NCBI RefSeq assembly: GCF_004010195.1
Contig: NC_057720.1
Location: 31,270,150 to 31,334,149 of the forward strand
Reading direction: 5' to 3'
DNA: 64,000 nt
Source: Chiloscyllium plagiosum
Lineage: Eukaryota
Shown piece after piece: positions 25,499-37,101 of the stretch (positions within the stretch are counted from its first letter, which is position 1; each line of letters begins with the position of its first letter). Under the pieces are notes generated by a model, which worked only from the letters and a program-made list of their open reading frames with translations, did not search any database and was not told the origin of the DNA. The position numbers were made by a program, and so were the translations under genes.

Positions 25499-25800
25499 TA
25501 GACATGTACAGGAACAGCCAGATTAGTAAGAAGCAGGATGGAGGAGAGTTAAAGTCAAAGTTAGACTGGATTCAGGATCAGCACTCAGCTGTTTCCTTTT
25601 GTTGATCGTCATAAATCTTCTAATTGAGCAAGTGAGATGGTAATGATGTTTACAGATAACATTAAGCTACATGGTGGAGATGAAGAAAACATGGTTAGGT
25701 ATGATTCTATAATTCTATCTGGAGAATTATATAAAAACACAGGAAACAAGGATACGAAGATCAGTAAACAGGAGTCGCAATACTTGGGCTGACAGTTTGA

Positions 25801-26125
25801 ATTTTTCTTATTCATTCACAGGATGAGGGCGTCACTGGCCAGGCCAGCACTTATTGCCCATATCCAATTGAGAAGAGTCAACCGCATTGCTTTGTGTCTG
25901 GACTCACATGTAGGCCAGACCAGGTGAGGATGGCAGTTTCCAGTGAGACAGATGGGTTTTTCCAACAATCGACAATGGATTCACAGTCACCATTAGATGC
26001 TTACTTCCAGACTTTACGGAGTTCAAATTATAGTATCTCCATGGTGGGATTTGAACCTGTGTCCCCAGGACATTGAGTCGCTGGATTAATAGATTAGCGA
26101 CAATACCGCCAGGCTATTGCCTCCC
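25801..26125 (-). mobile_element. tRNA-headed SINE sharing its tail with the CR1-group/jockey-like LINE
   Basis: Tail ttttcttattcattc...ccagcacttattgccc matches the LINE 3' end at about 49905-49975. B-box-like ggttcaaatccc on the minus strand near 26050. Confidence 0.7.
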
Positions 26126-26830
26126 TAGGGGAGAGTTTCAGAGTAAGGTGTAAAGATTACAGGGTGGAGACCCGAAAGAAATGAATAGTTAAAACTACTT
26201 TGTGATCAGTATTACAAGTATAGGAATGGAAAATAAGCAATGTATTATCGCTGGCTAGAATAGTTGGCATCAATGCAGTGACATATTATATGACAGATAG
26301 GTATTGCTGAAACTGAAAAGATGACAGTTTTGAGAACAACCTTGTTATACTATGAAGACTCTCCCAAGCAATCCTGCTTGGGAGAAGAACAACTGAACAC
26401 TAATAGGATTCGGTTGCTGAGATAGATGTGTAGAGTAACAAGAAAGCGCAATACAAAGAGGAACCAATCAGCGAACCAATGAAGATTGTGGGAGAATTGA
26501 AGAAATTAGCCAAAAAGAGATGGAAGGAGATTGAATGAGGAAACGAATGATGAAGATGGGACTGCTAGGAAGGACACGGAAAGACTAAGACCAGATGGGA
26601 TGAGGCAGGGCCCAGGAAGAATTAATCACTTTTTAGTTTCTGAATAAAGCTTCCTTGCCCAAACCATCAAAATAATAATAATTTAAATTATTATGTTTAA
26701 TAAATTTAAAATTTCACTGTTTGGGCTTTGAAACATCAAATTCCAAAAAAACTATTCTTATTCCTGAACCTTTACTCTCTGTACTTCAAGTTTACTTCTA
26801 CAGAACTTTTTTTTTTAAAAAAAAACTTAC

Positions 26831-27200
26831 CTGTTGACATATTTCCCGATGAGTAAATAAATGTAAAACTGCTAAATAACTACCAAAGGTCTTCGCTCTG
26901 CTTCACGGTCTAGTTTCTTGCGTATTTCCTCGAAGGGATCAAATCTGATCCCGATGTCCAGTAAATCGATCTTTTTGTGGGTGCTAAATCTAGATTTATC
27001 TCCTTGGCTGCCATTGGGCTTCCACTGCTTTTTCTTTGCCCATAAATGTTTGTTTCCCTTATTACTTGCTGTAAAATGTTTTTATTGACTTACAGTTGGT
27101 CTTTGGAATTTCTCTGCAATTTTCTGTTCAGAGGTTTCTCCTTCACAGCAACTCTTCAACTCTATTGGTTTTCTGGCCGATAGCTGGTCTAAAGCCATAT
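26831..27200 (-). other. Candidate first/5' UTR exon (unverified)
   Basis: Unique, locally CpG-retaining sequence ending aaatATGTCAACAG|GTAAGT on the minus strand. The 5' boundary is unknown. Confidence 0.25.
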
Positions 27201-27426
27201 AAAGTATTTTTAGAAAAGGTTTTCTGAGAGGCTTTTTCTTCTCTGAACAAATTCAGGCTTATTCCATGATTTCTACTACAGCCACTGGTTAGTGGATCAT
27301 ATCACGGAGACCAGCTTTTGCTGGTGTGGTTTTATGTCAACACCTGAGAATTTGGGTCCAAGACACTGGTCAAAGAGAAGGCTAAGTAAGCACTGTTTTC
27401 AGGGCAAGGTTTTTTTAAAACTCTGT

Positions 27427-27632
27427 CAGGATTAGAGTGGTGCTGGAAAAGCACAGCAGGTCAGGCAGCATCCAACGAGCAGGAAAATCGATGTTTCAGG
27501 CAGGATGAAGGGCTCCTGCCCGAAACATCAATTTTCCTGCTCCGCGGATGCTGCCTGACCTGCTGTGCTCTTCTAGCACCACTCTAATCTTGAGTCTGAT
27601 CTCCGGCAAATGCAGTTCTCACTTTCACCTTC
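27427..27632. mobile_element. PLE terminal-repeat insert, inverted
   Basis: gattagagtggtgctggaaaagcacagc ... gctgtgctcttctagcaccactctaatc. Flanked by ttta(a/g)aactctgt. Confidence 0.85.
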
Positions 27633-28764
27633 TTTAGAACTCTGTTTATCTCACATGAATACTATTATTATACTTAGGAATCGGAGATATATCTGGCTTC
27701 AATGTGGCTTAAGTTTATTCTCTACATATGCTTCTCTCTTCACTCTGACTTATCTCAGCCCTCATTGTGCCCAGTGAGGGGCAATTCTGGGATATCATTG
27801 CAAGGCTTCTCTGAGGAAAGCAGTGTTAATCACTGAGCCACTGTGCCACCCATACAATTGCTTTAAAATTTCATATTGTATTAGTATTTCAGACATGGAT
27901 GATGAAGTCAATTGATGTATTTTATACATGTACTAGATAAAAAAAAAACCACCATTTGGTTTAATGCAATTAATCCTGAATTGGTGAAATCCACCTACAT
28001 TAGGGGTCATAGACTTCTCCCTATGTAAGCCTGCTTTTTGCAACCAAAATTAATTGTGCAGCGTTGACTAGATTTTATTCATGAAAAGCCGAGCAAGATT
28101 ATATAAAATCAAACAGGTGCCAAAGAAGAGGAATAATATAATATGCTTTTTTATTTGTTATTTCAGTGGTGTTAGATACATTCAGACTTTATTTTTTCAG
28201 AAGTTGCCTCGCATCTGAGGAAATAAGTGTTTTCAATTATTGAAGATGGAGGGAATAATCCATAGGATCATAATGCAGCCAGCAAATCTGGTTTTATAGA
28301 GGGCCACTTTTTCATCGAACTTAAGCAGAACAGTAACTTATAATTAAAGAAAGCAAAACAGTTTCAAGTTGCATATGTGGTGGGTACCACCTTGATTAAA
28401 AAGCCAAGAGCCTTGAAGGAAAAATGAGGATCATATGTAAGGATCTACTTATGAAAGTACATTGAACAGATAAAAACATATAGCTGGTCTTCTCCAATTC
28501 TGCTAAGTATGTCCTGGAGTAATTATATGTACACATCTGTGCTTGCGTTATTGCATATGTACTTGATTATACATGTACACATTCATGCTTACATTTATGT
28601 TTGTGTTTTCCACCTATAAGCATGACTGCTCAAGCAGTTACATGTTTGTGTACATGATTTAACATGTAACAGTACTAATATGCCAGCACATCTGTGATAT
28701 AACTGCAGATATTTGCATGTTTGTACAGTTTCATGTTTATGTTCATATGCAATCATCCGCAGAT

Positions 28765-29458
28765 ACAAAGATTCTTAGTAGTGTAGATGAGCAGAGAGAT
28801 CTCGGTATCCAGGTACACAGATCCCTGAAAGTTGCCACCCAGGTTGACAGGGTTGTTAAGAAGGCATACAGTGTTTTAGCTTTTATTAATAGAGAGACCA
28901 AGTTCTGGAACCATGAGGTTATGCAACAGCAGTACAAAACTCTGGTGCGGCTGCACTTGGAGTATTGTGTACAGTTCTGGTCACTGCATTATAAGCAGCT
29001 TTGGAAAGGGTGCAGAGGAGATTTACTAGGATGTTGTCTGTTATGGAGGGAAGGTCTTATGAGGAAAGGCTGAGGGACTTGAGGCTGTTTTCATTGGAGA
29101 GAAGAAGGTTGAGGTGACTGAATAGAGACACAAGATAATCAGAGAGTTAGATAGGGTGGACAGGGAAGAGCCTTTTTCCAAGAATGGTGATGGTGAGCAT
29201 GAGGGGGCATAGTTTTAAATTGAGGGGTGATAGATATACGACAGATGTCAGAGGTAGTTTCTTTACACAGTAGTATGGGTATGGAATGCTTTGCCTGCAA
29301 CGGTAGTAGATTCGCCAACTTTAAGGACATTTAAGTCGTCATTGGACAAGCATATGGACGTACATGGAATAGTGTAGGTTAATGGGCTTCAGATTGGTAC
29401 GACAGGTCAGCACATCATCAAGGACCGAAGGGCCTGTACTGCGCTGTAATGTTCTATG
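28765..29458 (+). mobile_element. CR1 3' fragment
   Basis: QRDLGIQVHRSLKVATQVDRVVKKAY...YKTLVRLHLEYCVQFWS. aatgttctatg tail. Confidence 0.9.
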
Positions 29459-30387
29459 TATCAGTTTATGGTCAAGATTGAGAATACTACTAGTTAATCA
29501 ACTGGATTAACACATTCAATGCTTAAACCTTTGACCTGCTAACATTCTCCTATATTGAACTGGGAGAGCCATTTATATATAATAAGTGATATGCAAAGGT
29601 AAGCTATCCATATACAGAATCTCTCTTTGCAAGTCCAGTTTTTTTTCCCCATTTCAGACTAATTGAACTAATTCCAGCTGTAACATCAAAAATTTCAGGT
29701 ATCCTTTCTTTCATTCAAAATGTCGCAAAATCACTTGAGGCATCTCATCTCCTGCTTCTATTTCTACATAGAATTGGTCTCTAAATTTCTAGTTTCGTTC
29801 AGTCAAATATGTAAAATGTCACATGTTCTACTTTCAGAAAACTCTTAGTAGCACTCAAAACCATCTTCAATCTTCATGCAGTACGCATCACCAAAGTACA
29901 TCTATGCCCTAGAACCACTGCGTAGCCATTCCTTGAACAAGATAGATACAGATTCCTCTGAAGTACAGAGAATTAAAAGATCCCAAGGAAACCCTACTTG
30001 GTATGATCCCTGCTGATGTTATTACTGGACATCCAGACTGAAACTGGTGCTGATAGATCATATTTTGTTCTGTTTTGGCTTTAAGGTAGTGGTCTCTCAC
30101 TGAAACATAAGCACACTTTCCTTTAACAATAAAATCAAACTTTATTCACTAAAGAAATGAGAGTTTAGTTTATTCTATATTATCTATTTGGAACACAAAT
30201 TCAATGATTGTAAGTACACAGTCCTATTAATCTCTAAAGCACTCCTTTAAAACTGGAAAAGAAAAATAACAGCTTTTGTATAGTGCACAAAATATGCCCT
30301 TTTATAGTGCCAGAAGAAATTCATGCAGTACTCCCACCCACAGTCCATGCAGTTAACACATCAATAGAATTAAGTCATTTGGAACAG

Positions 30388-30955
30388 GAGTTGGGACGTC
30401 ATATTGAGATTGTATTGGACGTTAGTGAGGCCTCTTCTGGAGTGCTGTGTCCATTTCTGGTTGCCCTGTTATGGGAAGGATATTATTACATTGAAGAGGG
30501 TTCAGAAAAGATTTACCAGGATGCTTCTGGAAAATGGAAGGTTTGAGTTATAAGGAGGCTGGATAGGATGGATTTTTTGTACCGGAGTGTAGGAAGTTGA
30601 AGGGTGACCTTAGAGGTTTATAAAATCAGAGGGTATAGATAAGGTGAATGGTAGATGTCTTTTCCCCCCCAAGGTGGGGGATTTAAAGACTGGGGTTATA
30701 TTTTTATGGAGAGAGGAGACAGATTTAAAAAGAACATGAAGGACAATGTTTTTATACAGAGAATGGTTCACATGTGGATTGAACTTCCAGAGGGAGTAGT
30801 GGATATGGGTACAGTTACAATGTTTAAGAGACATTTAGATATGTACATGAATAAGAAATGTTTGAGGGATATGGGCCAGGCACAACTTAGTTTGGCCTGA
30901 ACTGGTTGGACCGAAAGATCTATTTCCATGCTGTATTATTCTATGACTCTATGAC
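30388..30955 (+). mobile_element. CR1 3' fragment
   Basis: FIQRMVHMWIELPEGVVD motif and (ctatgact)n tail. Confidence 0.85.
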
Positions 30956-31526
30956 TTTAACACAGATGGTCTGGAACTGCAGAAGGTTTGGTCCTGGAGC
31001 AATTATACACCTGATCTTAAATATGCTCAGATTTAAATAAACTGAGGTTTTATTCCAACATTTCTGGTACAGCGCTGGCATTAATTCTTCATTTAAAAAG
31101 GTATCCTAAACCAAAATTTACCTTTTCTCAAAACCTTTGGTTTCTGCAACCATCTTCATTCAAGGAAATTCCAGAATTTGCTGACAAATCATAAGGACTC
31201 ATTTACCTTGGTGGGTTGCAAAATAATGTAGACAAAAATCCATTGATGCACAAAACCCATTAAGTCTAAAGCTCAGCCTACAATACTAATTTCAAAAGAA
31301 AATCACCAGGGTTCCAGAAATACTCAATACCCAAAGAATACTAACAGCAGATTCACAGAAAGCCCACATGTTACCAACACACAAACCAAAAAACCCAAAA
31401 CTTATGATTATAAAATATACATCCAGCCAAAATCACCTCTCCAAAAAAAGATGAATGAAAGTGCATTGCAAAGACCAACTATCACAGTATTCTATCGGAT
31501 GAAAGGCTTAACAGACAATCAATTCT

Positions 31527-31690
31527 TCAATGTATAATTTCAGTTACATCACACTGCAAATTTTTGCTATAAATTCTGTGTTACGATCGAGCCCTCCACA
31601 ATCACCTGATGAAGGAGTGTCGCTCCGAAAGCTAGTGTGCTTCCAATTAAACCTGTTGGACTATAACCTGGTGTTGTGTGATTTTTAAAC
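31527..31690 (+). mobile_element. Second PLE-type terminal repeat with minimal hammerhead ribozyme motif
   Basis: cac-CTGATGA-a-ggagt-gtc-gctcc-GAAA-gcta-gtg at 31603-31637, followed by aattaaacctgttggactataacctgg. Confidence 0.7.
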
Positions 31691-32511
31691 TCAGTTTTTT
31701 TAAAAGTTTCTTTCTGTATTTTTAATCATAAATTGAATTGGGAGGGAACAATGTTTTAAAGGCAAGGATCTTTGGAGGATTATTGAATATTTTTGAAAGT
31801 TAGTATCCTGACACTCATTGTAAACATTGCTTACATAACAGTTGGTTTCTGCAATGGTTACAGTGTACTTTGTACACAAGCTGCAGATTTGCAGGTTGGC
31901 AACGACGAGCCAATTGGATACAGACGAATGACAAGTTATTGATGCCAAAGGCCCCTGCCTGCCTATAACTACCTGCTTAGTTCTCAGGTAGGCAAATAAC
32001 TTGGGACTATGGCAAAGGTAGTGAGAAATTATCAGATTACCACCAGCTCAGGAGGCTGCCTCAGTTCTGTGCAACAAGATTCACTTCAAGCCTAAAGAAA
32101 ACCAGTTTATTTTTCCCTTCAGCAGTTGCTGTAAATCGTGACTTTTAATGAATGAGTTGGAGACCTCTCTAAATGTGAGCCAGTCCTAAGCAAAACAGGG
32201 AAAGCATCTAGAGAAAGAAGACGGAGAAGCAAAGTTCTGATCAACAAAATAATATTTTGTTGTGAAAAGGAGCCCTGTGAAAAGGAACCACTGAATGCCT
32301 TCCCAATCTTTCCCATTGTCCATAATATCCTGTTTATTTTTCCTGTCAGAAAGCATTTATAAAGGGGTTTATAGTTTTATCTAACAGGGTACATGGTTCA
32401 AAATCTTTCACCTGTAGCTAAATTATATTGACTTTTAATAAATTGTAATTTTGCTTGAATACAGAATCCTGGTCCATGCTTTCTGTCAATCATGATCTAA
32501 AAGAGACATGT

Positions 32512-35079
32512 TGAAATAACTACACAGAGGCCAGTGTACTGTCACCAAGTCATCCTTTATTTACTAGTGCACAGTACACCACCTATGGCCAGCCAGCTCA
32601 GAGTTAGTTCTCAACTGAGGAGATTCTAATCTCCTGGTTATATCATTCTTCTGCTTCATATGGAGCATTTTCAGCCTACACAGCATTATCAGCCTACACA
32701 TGCAGGGCATCTTCAGCCTACACACGGTGCTGTTGTCCTACAGACAGCCCTTTGACCCTACACGGAGGCCTGTTCCCAGGCCTACATGCTGAAACAATGG
32801 CACCAAGTCACCCTCTATTCACTGATGTATCAGTATATTAGCTGTTGCCAACTTGCTCAGAATCAGTCTTCAACTGAAGAGATTCTAATCCCCTATAATT
32901 TTCTTTTACTAGTTAACAAACTAGCTAAATAATTCAGCCACCTCAGGAGTCAGGTCCCCCCCACCCAAAGAAAAACAGAACCAACAGTAGCTGTAGTGCC
33001 AGCCATCCAGCACAGTCAGTGCCCTAAACTAAGGAGACTAAATCTCCTGGGTTTTTTAATTTTAAATCTGTTATAATATTTTATTAACTAAATTACAAAA
33101 CAATTTAAAAAACATTTACAGCTGTATACAACAGCAATTTTACAAGGGAGCGGAGCAGCAAAGCTAGGCCCCAAATCCTACTGTTCAACCAATTTACAGG
33201 GAATGGAGGACAAACCACAAATCCCAATTTCAAATATAAAAAGACAGCAACAATGACCTTTATACAAAAGACAATACAGTTATATAAAAAAAGTACAGAC
33301 AATACAGACCCAGCAAGCCCCCGTCCCTCCCACCTTCCGCCCACTCTAAGGTAGCCCACTCCTACACCTTCCAGCTCTCAATCCACCCCATGCCCTTTCC
33401 AGTTCAGTCCACCCTGACACCTTTCAACCACTTCTAGGACAGCCCACCCCAGTACCCACCCAGGGTGACAGCAGTCAGGACAGCCTACCTATCTTCCAGT
33501 TTCACTAACCACCCTCAGCACCTTCCGACCACCTCTGGGGAAGCCCATCCCGGTACCTGCCCAGGGTGACAGTACGGAGGATGGCTACCTGCCTTCTGAC
33601 TCTGTCTACCCCTACGTACCATTGGGCTCTCACCCACCCCGATGCACCGTCCAGCCAGTGGGCTATCCTGGTACACCTTCCAGCCACCTCTAGGACAGCC
33701 CATCCCCTTCCATGGGATGACAGTGTGCAGGGTAGCCCACAAGCCTTCTGGATTTCAGCCTGCTCCTACACACCTTCTGGTGCTTGGCTGCCTTGACACA
33801 CTTTTCGACCATCTCTAGGGCAGCCTGTCCCGATTACCCCTTCTCGGGACAACAGTGCTCAGAATGGCCTACCCACCATCTGGCTGTCAGGGTCACTGGC
33901 ATCAGAGTGGCCTACCCACCCTCTGGCTTGCAGGACAGCCTACTAACCTTCAGGTTCACAGGATAGCCTACCCACCCTCCGGCTCTCAGGGTGACAGCTT
34001 TCAGGACGACCCATGAGCCTCCCAGCAAAGCCTGCCAGACCCAGGGACACAAGACAGTGCAGGTGATAGACCCAGGAAACACCACAATGCAGTTAGTTAC
34101 TGCAAAACAGTCCTTTCTGGTACACAGTCCAAATCTCTACAGTCTTCAAGATATAGAATCCATTTCCAGGAAGAGGCCACTCCAGGATACATGTGCATTG
34201 TCAGAATGAGAGTCCACTCCAAACTGCAGAGTCCATTGCTAAAAACAGAGTCCGCAACCAAGGGCAGAGTCCACGCCTGAAGGCAGCAAATGCACACCCC
34301 ACAGCACACAGATGTTCAGTCTCCATGGAGTCCTGGCCCAGCCTTGGAAAACCAGGCCCACTCTCAGGAACAGTACATTGTACAGGTGCAGTTAACTCAC
34401 AAGTGTTTGGTCCACTCCTGAAGGCAAGATCTTCTCCAAAACTCCAGGATACAGCTAGTGCTCACCTCACAGCACACACAGGTGTTCAATCTTCAGAGGC
34501 CCAGTCCCAGGGCTAGGCCTCCCCACTGGAACAGCTCCTCTGGTTAAAAAATGTATGTCTTCCACAAGGGCTCAGTCTAGACACCAAAAACAGTGAGGAT
34601 ACATACAAAACAACAAAAGAAAACTAGAGTCCAAGGGCTAAGCCCTACCACAAAATTAACATTTTACTCCTTTTTTGAGAAAAGGACAAACAGAAAAGAG
34701 TAACACACAGGCTGTAACCAGCCAGTGAAACAACAATCCCCTAATGAGAACTGAGTTTCACCTGAAACACATTATGCACATCAGGAGTTTAACAATCAGT
34801 CCTCACTAAAAGGAATGCCAGTTAACAAACTAGCTAAGTAATTTAGACAGTTCAGAAATCAGGTTTGTCCCCCTCCCAAAAAAAGGAAAGCAGAAACTAA
34901 CAGTAACACACTGACTATAACACCAGCCAGCATAGAGTCAGCCCCTAAACTAAGGAGGCCTCTGAATCTCCTGTTTATATCTGTCATCCAGGGCTCCCTG
35001 ATTGGACAGGTTAACAGCCCCAATCAGCAAACTCATATTCTATGAGATCCACCTGGCTGACATCATTCCAATCACTATA
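32512..35079 (-). mobile_element. Gypsy-family LTR split at its TATA box by three nested insertions
   Basis: 32512-32643 is the reverse of the LTR 3' half (...aataaagg...gttatttca). 34968-35079 is the reverse of the LTR 5' half (tagtgattggaatgatgtcagccaggtggatctc...gatataaacaggag). Both are homologous to the LTRs at 46192 and 62982. Confidence 0.85.
33052..34967 (-). mobile_element. About 1.9-kb non-coding poly(A) retroelement (putative non-autonomous Tx1 partner) with an LTR-like 5' leader
   Basis: A-tail at 33052-33057 abuts the target ctcctgg, with AATAAA at 33080-33085 (minus). The 5' region recurs at 32908-33048 and 36903-37101. No recognisable ORF. Confidence 0.65.
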
Positions 35080-35099
35080 GTTCGGCTGTTGAACCTGAA

Positions 35100-35918
35100 G
35101 TATTACTGGATGAATGTCTAATAAACATGAGTCAAAACACAGAAGGGAGATAGAGGGTTTGGTGACATGTTGCCATGAGAACACCTTCTCTCTCAATGTC
35201 TGCAAAACTAAAGAACTGATCATTGACTTCAGCTAGAAATGAGGAGAACACACTCCCATCAACATCAACAGACCAGAGTTTGAGAGGGTGGAGAGTCAAG
35301 TTCCTCAGACTGATGATGATCGATAACCTGTAGTGGGCACATGCCATATAAAAGCGATGATCAAGAAGGCTTCTTCCTCAAGCAGCTCAGGAAATCTGGC
35401 ACGTCAATAAGGATCCTCAATAACTTTTACAGATGCACAATTTGCAAGCATAATGGCCTAGTATGGCATCTGCTCTTCCCAGGACCGTAAAAACTACAGA
35501 AGGTTGTGTGCACAGCCCAGACCATCATGGACGCCAACTTCCATCCATTATACAGTTTGCTGCTGCAGAAAGATTGCCAACACATCAAAGACCCATCCCA
35601 CCTCGATAATGTTCTCCTACATCCTCTTCCTGTCGGGCGGAAAATAAAGAAGCCTGAACACACGCACCAGCAGGTTCAGGAACAGCTTCTTCCCGGTCAG
35701 TATTAGGCTGATGAATGGACTCTCTTGCCCCAAACAATGCTGACCTTGCTAACATTGATCTTGCCTAGTACATGCCGTGTGCAGTGTGACCTGTATGCCT
35801 CTGTCTACAACTTCCAATCTGCACATCCTTGATTACTGAGATCTGCTTGTACTGCTCGTAAACAAAACTTTTCTCTGTATTTCAGTACATGACGATAAAT
35901 CAATTGATCAATCAATCA
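35100..35918 (+). mobile_element. Rex1/Babar-like LINE 3' fragment
   Basis: ctcaatgtctgcaaaactaaagaactgatcattgacttc (LNVCKTKELIIDF), HIKDPSHL, (aatc)n tail. Confidence 0.85.
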
Positions 35919-36596
35919 GTTGAACTGCCTGTGCCAGTTTTGCCACTTTTGAGATTGTTGTGGCTCTTTCACATGCTTAAAAGATGCCAGAAGCATTAGG
36001 ATCTGCACCACTGTTTCTCCTTATGGAGTTTGGTTATCCTGTTGTTTATTTGTAAATATTGCTGTGCTGTCAGTTGCTTTCCATTTGTCGGACTGTTCCT
36101 TTCATGGTATTCCTGCTACTTGGATTAGCTTTGAAGCTTCTCCCGGTGCTCTTGTCCTGCTGCTGAATTTGTCACTCATTATTTTAATGGAGATTGGAAG
36201 CACTATGTTACTGCAGAAATGTTGCTGGAGTCTAAACAAAGGGTTAATACTTAAGAATATTGAGCCTTTACTCTACAAGGTTGATAACTGAGTGGCACAG
36301 ATTTATGGGTACTGGCAAAAAGAAGTAGAGATGAAATGAGTGAAGGAGAAAGTATTTAAATGAATAGTGAGGGTTCAGATTTTAATAGGTTGTTGCAAAC
36401 ATTTTATATTGTAGATTTCAAAAGGGAGCTGGAGAAATCCTTGAAGGAGCAAGAAATCCAGAGATCTACAAAAAGACCCCAGAGAATAGGACTAACTGAC
36501 TTAATATTCAAAAGCATCACAGCAAACTTAATGCTATCTTCTATGTAGTATTGGTTTATGATGCTATTCTCTGAAGAAATCTTTCATTTTATTTTT

Positions 36597-36902
36597 NNNN
36601 NNNNNNNNNNNNNNNNNNNNNNNNNNNNNNNNNNNNNNNNNNNNNNNNNNNNNNNNNNNNNNNNNNNNNNNNNNNNNNNNNNNNNNNNNNNNNNNNNNNN
36701 NNNNNNNNNNNNNNNNNNNNNNNNNNNNNNNNNNNNNNNNNNNNNNNNNNNNNNNNNNNNNNNNNNNNNNNNNNNNNNNNNNNNNNNNNNNNNNNNNNNN
36801 NNNNNNNNNNNNNNNNNNNNNNNNNNNNNNNNNNNNNNNNNNNNNNNNNNNNNNNNNNNNNNNNNNNNNNNNNNNNNNNNNNNNNNNNNNNNNNNNNNNN
36901 NN
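36597..36902. other. Assembly gap (306 N)
   Basis: Run of N. The ORF-track entries spanning it are artefacts. Confidence 1.
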
Positions 36903-37101
36903 CACCTGAAACACATTATGCACATCAGGAGTTTAACAATCAGTCCTCACTAAGAGGAATGCCAGTTAACAAACTGGCTAAATAATTCAGCCAGTTCAGT
37001 AATCAGGTTTTTTCCCCCTCCAAAAAAAGAGAAGCAGTAACATACTGACTGTAGTACCAACCAGCATAGAGTCAGTCCCCTAAACTGAAGAGACACTGAA
37101 T
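36903..37101 (-). mobile_element. 5' end of a second copy of the non-coding element at 33052-34967, running into the gap
   Basis: cacctgaaacacattatgcacatcaggagtttaacaatcagtcctcactaa is identical to 34760-34808, followed by the same LTR-like leader. Confidence 0.85.

Noticed and set aside
26150..26660. Purine-rich block with two CCAAT boxes and AATAAA, possibly a solo LTR (similar suspicion for about 30000-30300, 30960-31480 and 31960-32500)
   Set aside because: No TG...CA termini, TSD or second copy could be identified in the window.
28500..28760. Purine-pyrimidine alternating tract (tatgtacacat...)
   Set aside because: It looks like a decayed (CA/TA) microsatellite-like region with no defined unit or structure.
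36558..36953. ORF-track entries of 113-131 aa
   Set aside because: They are artefacts of translating the N gap.
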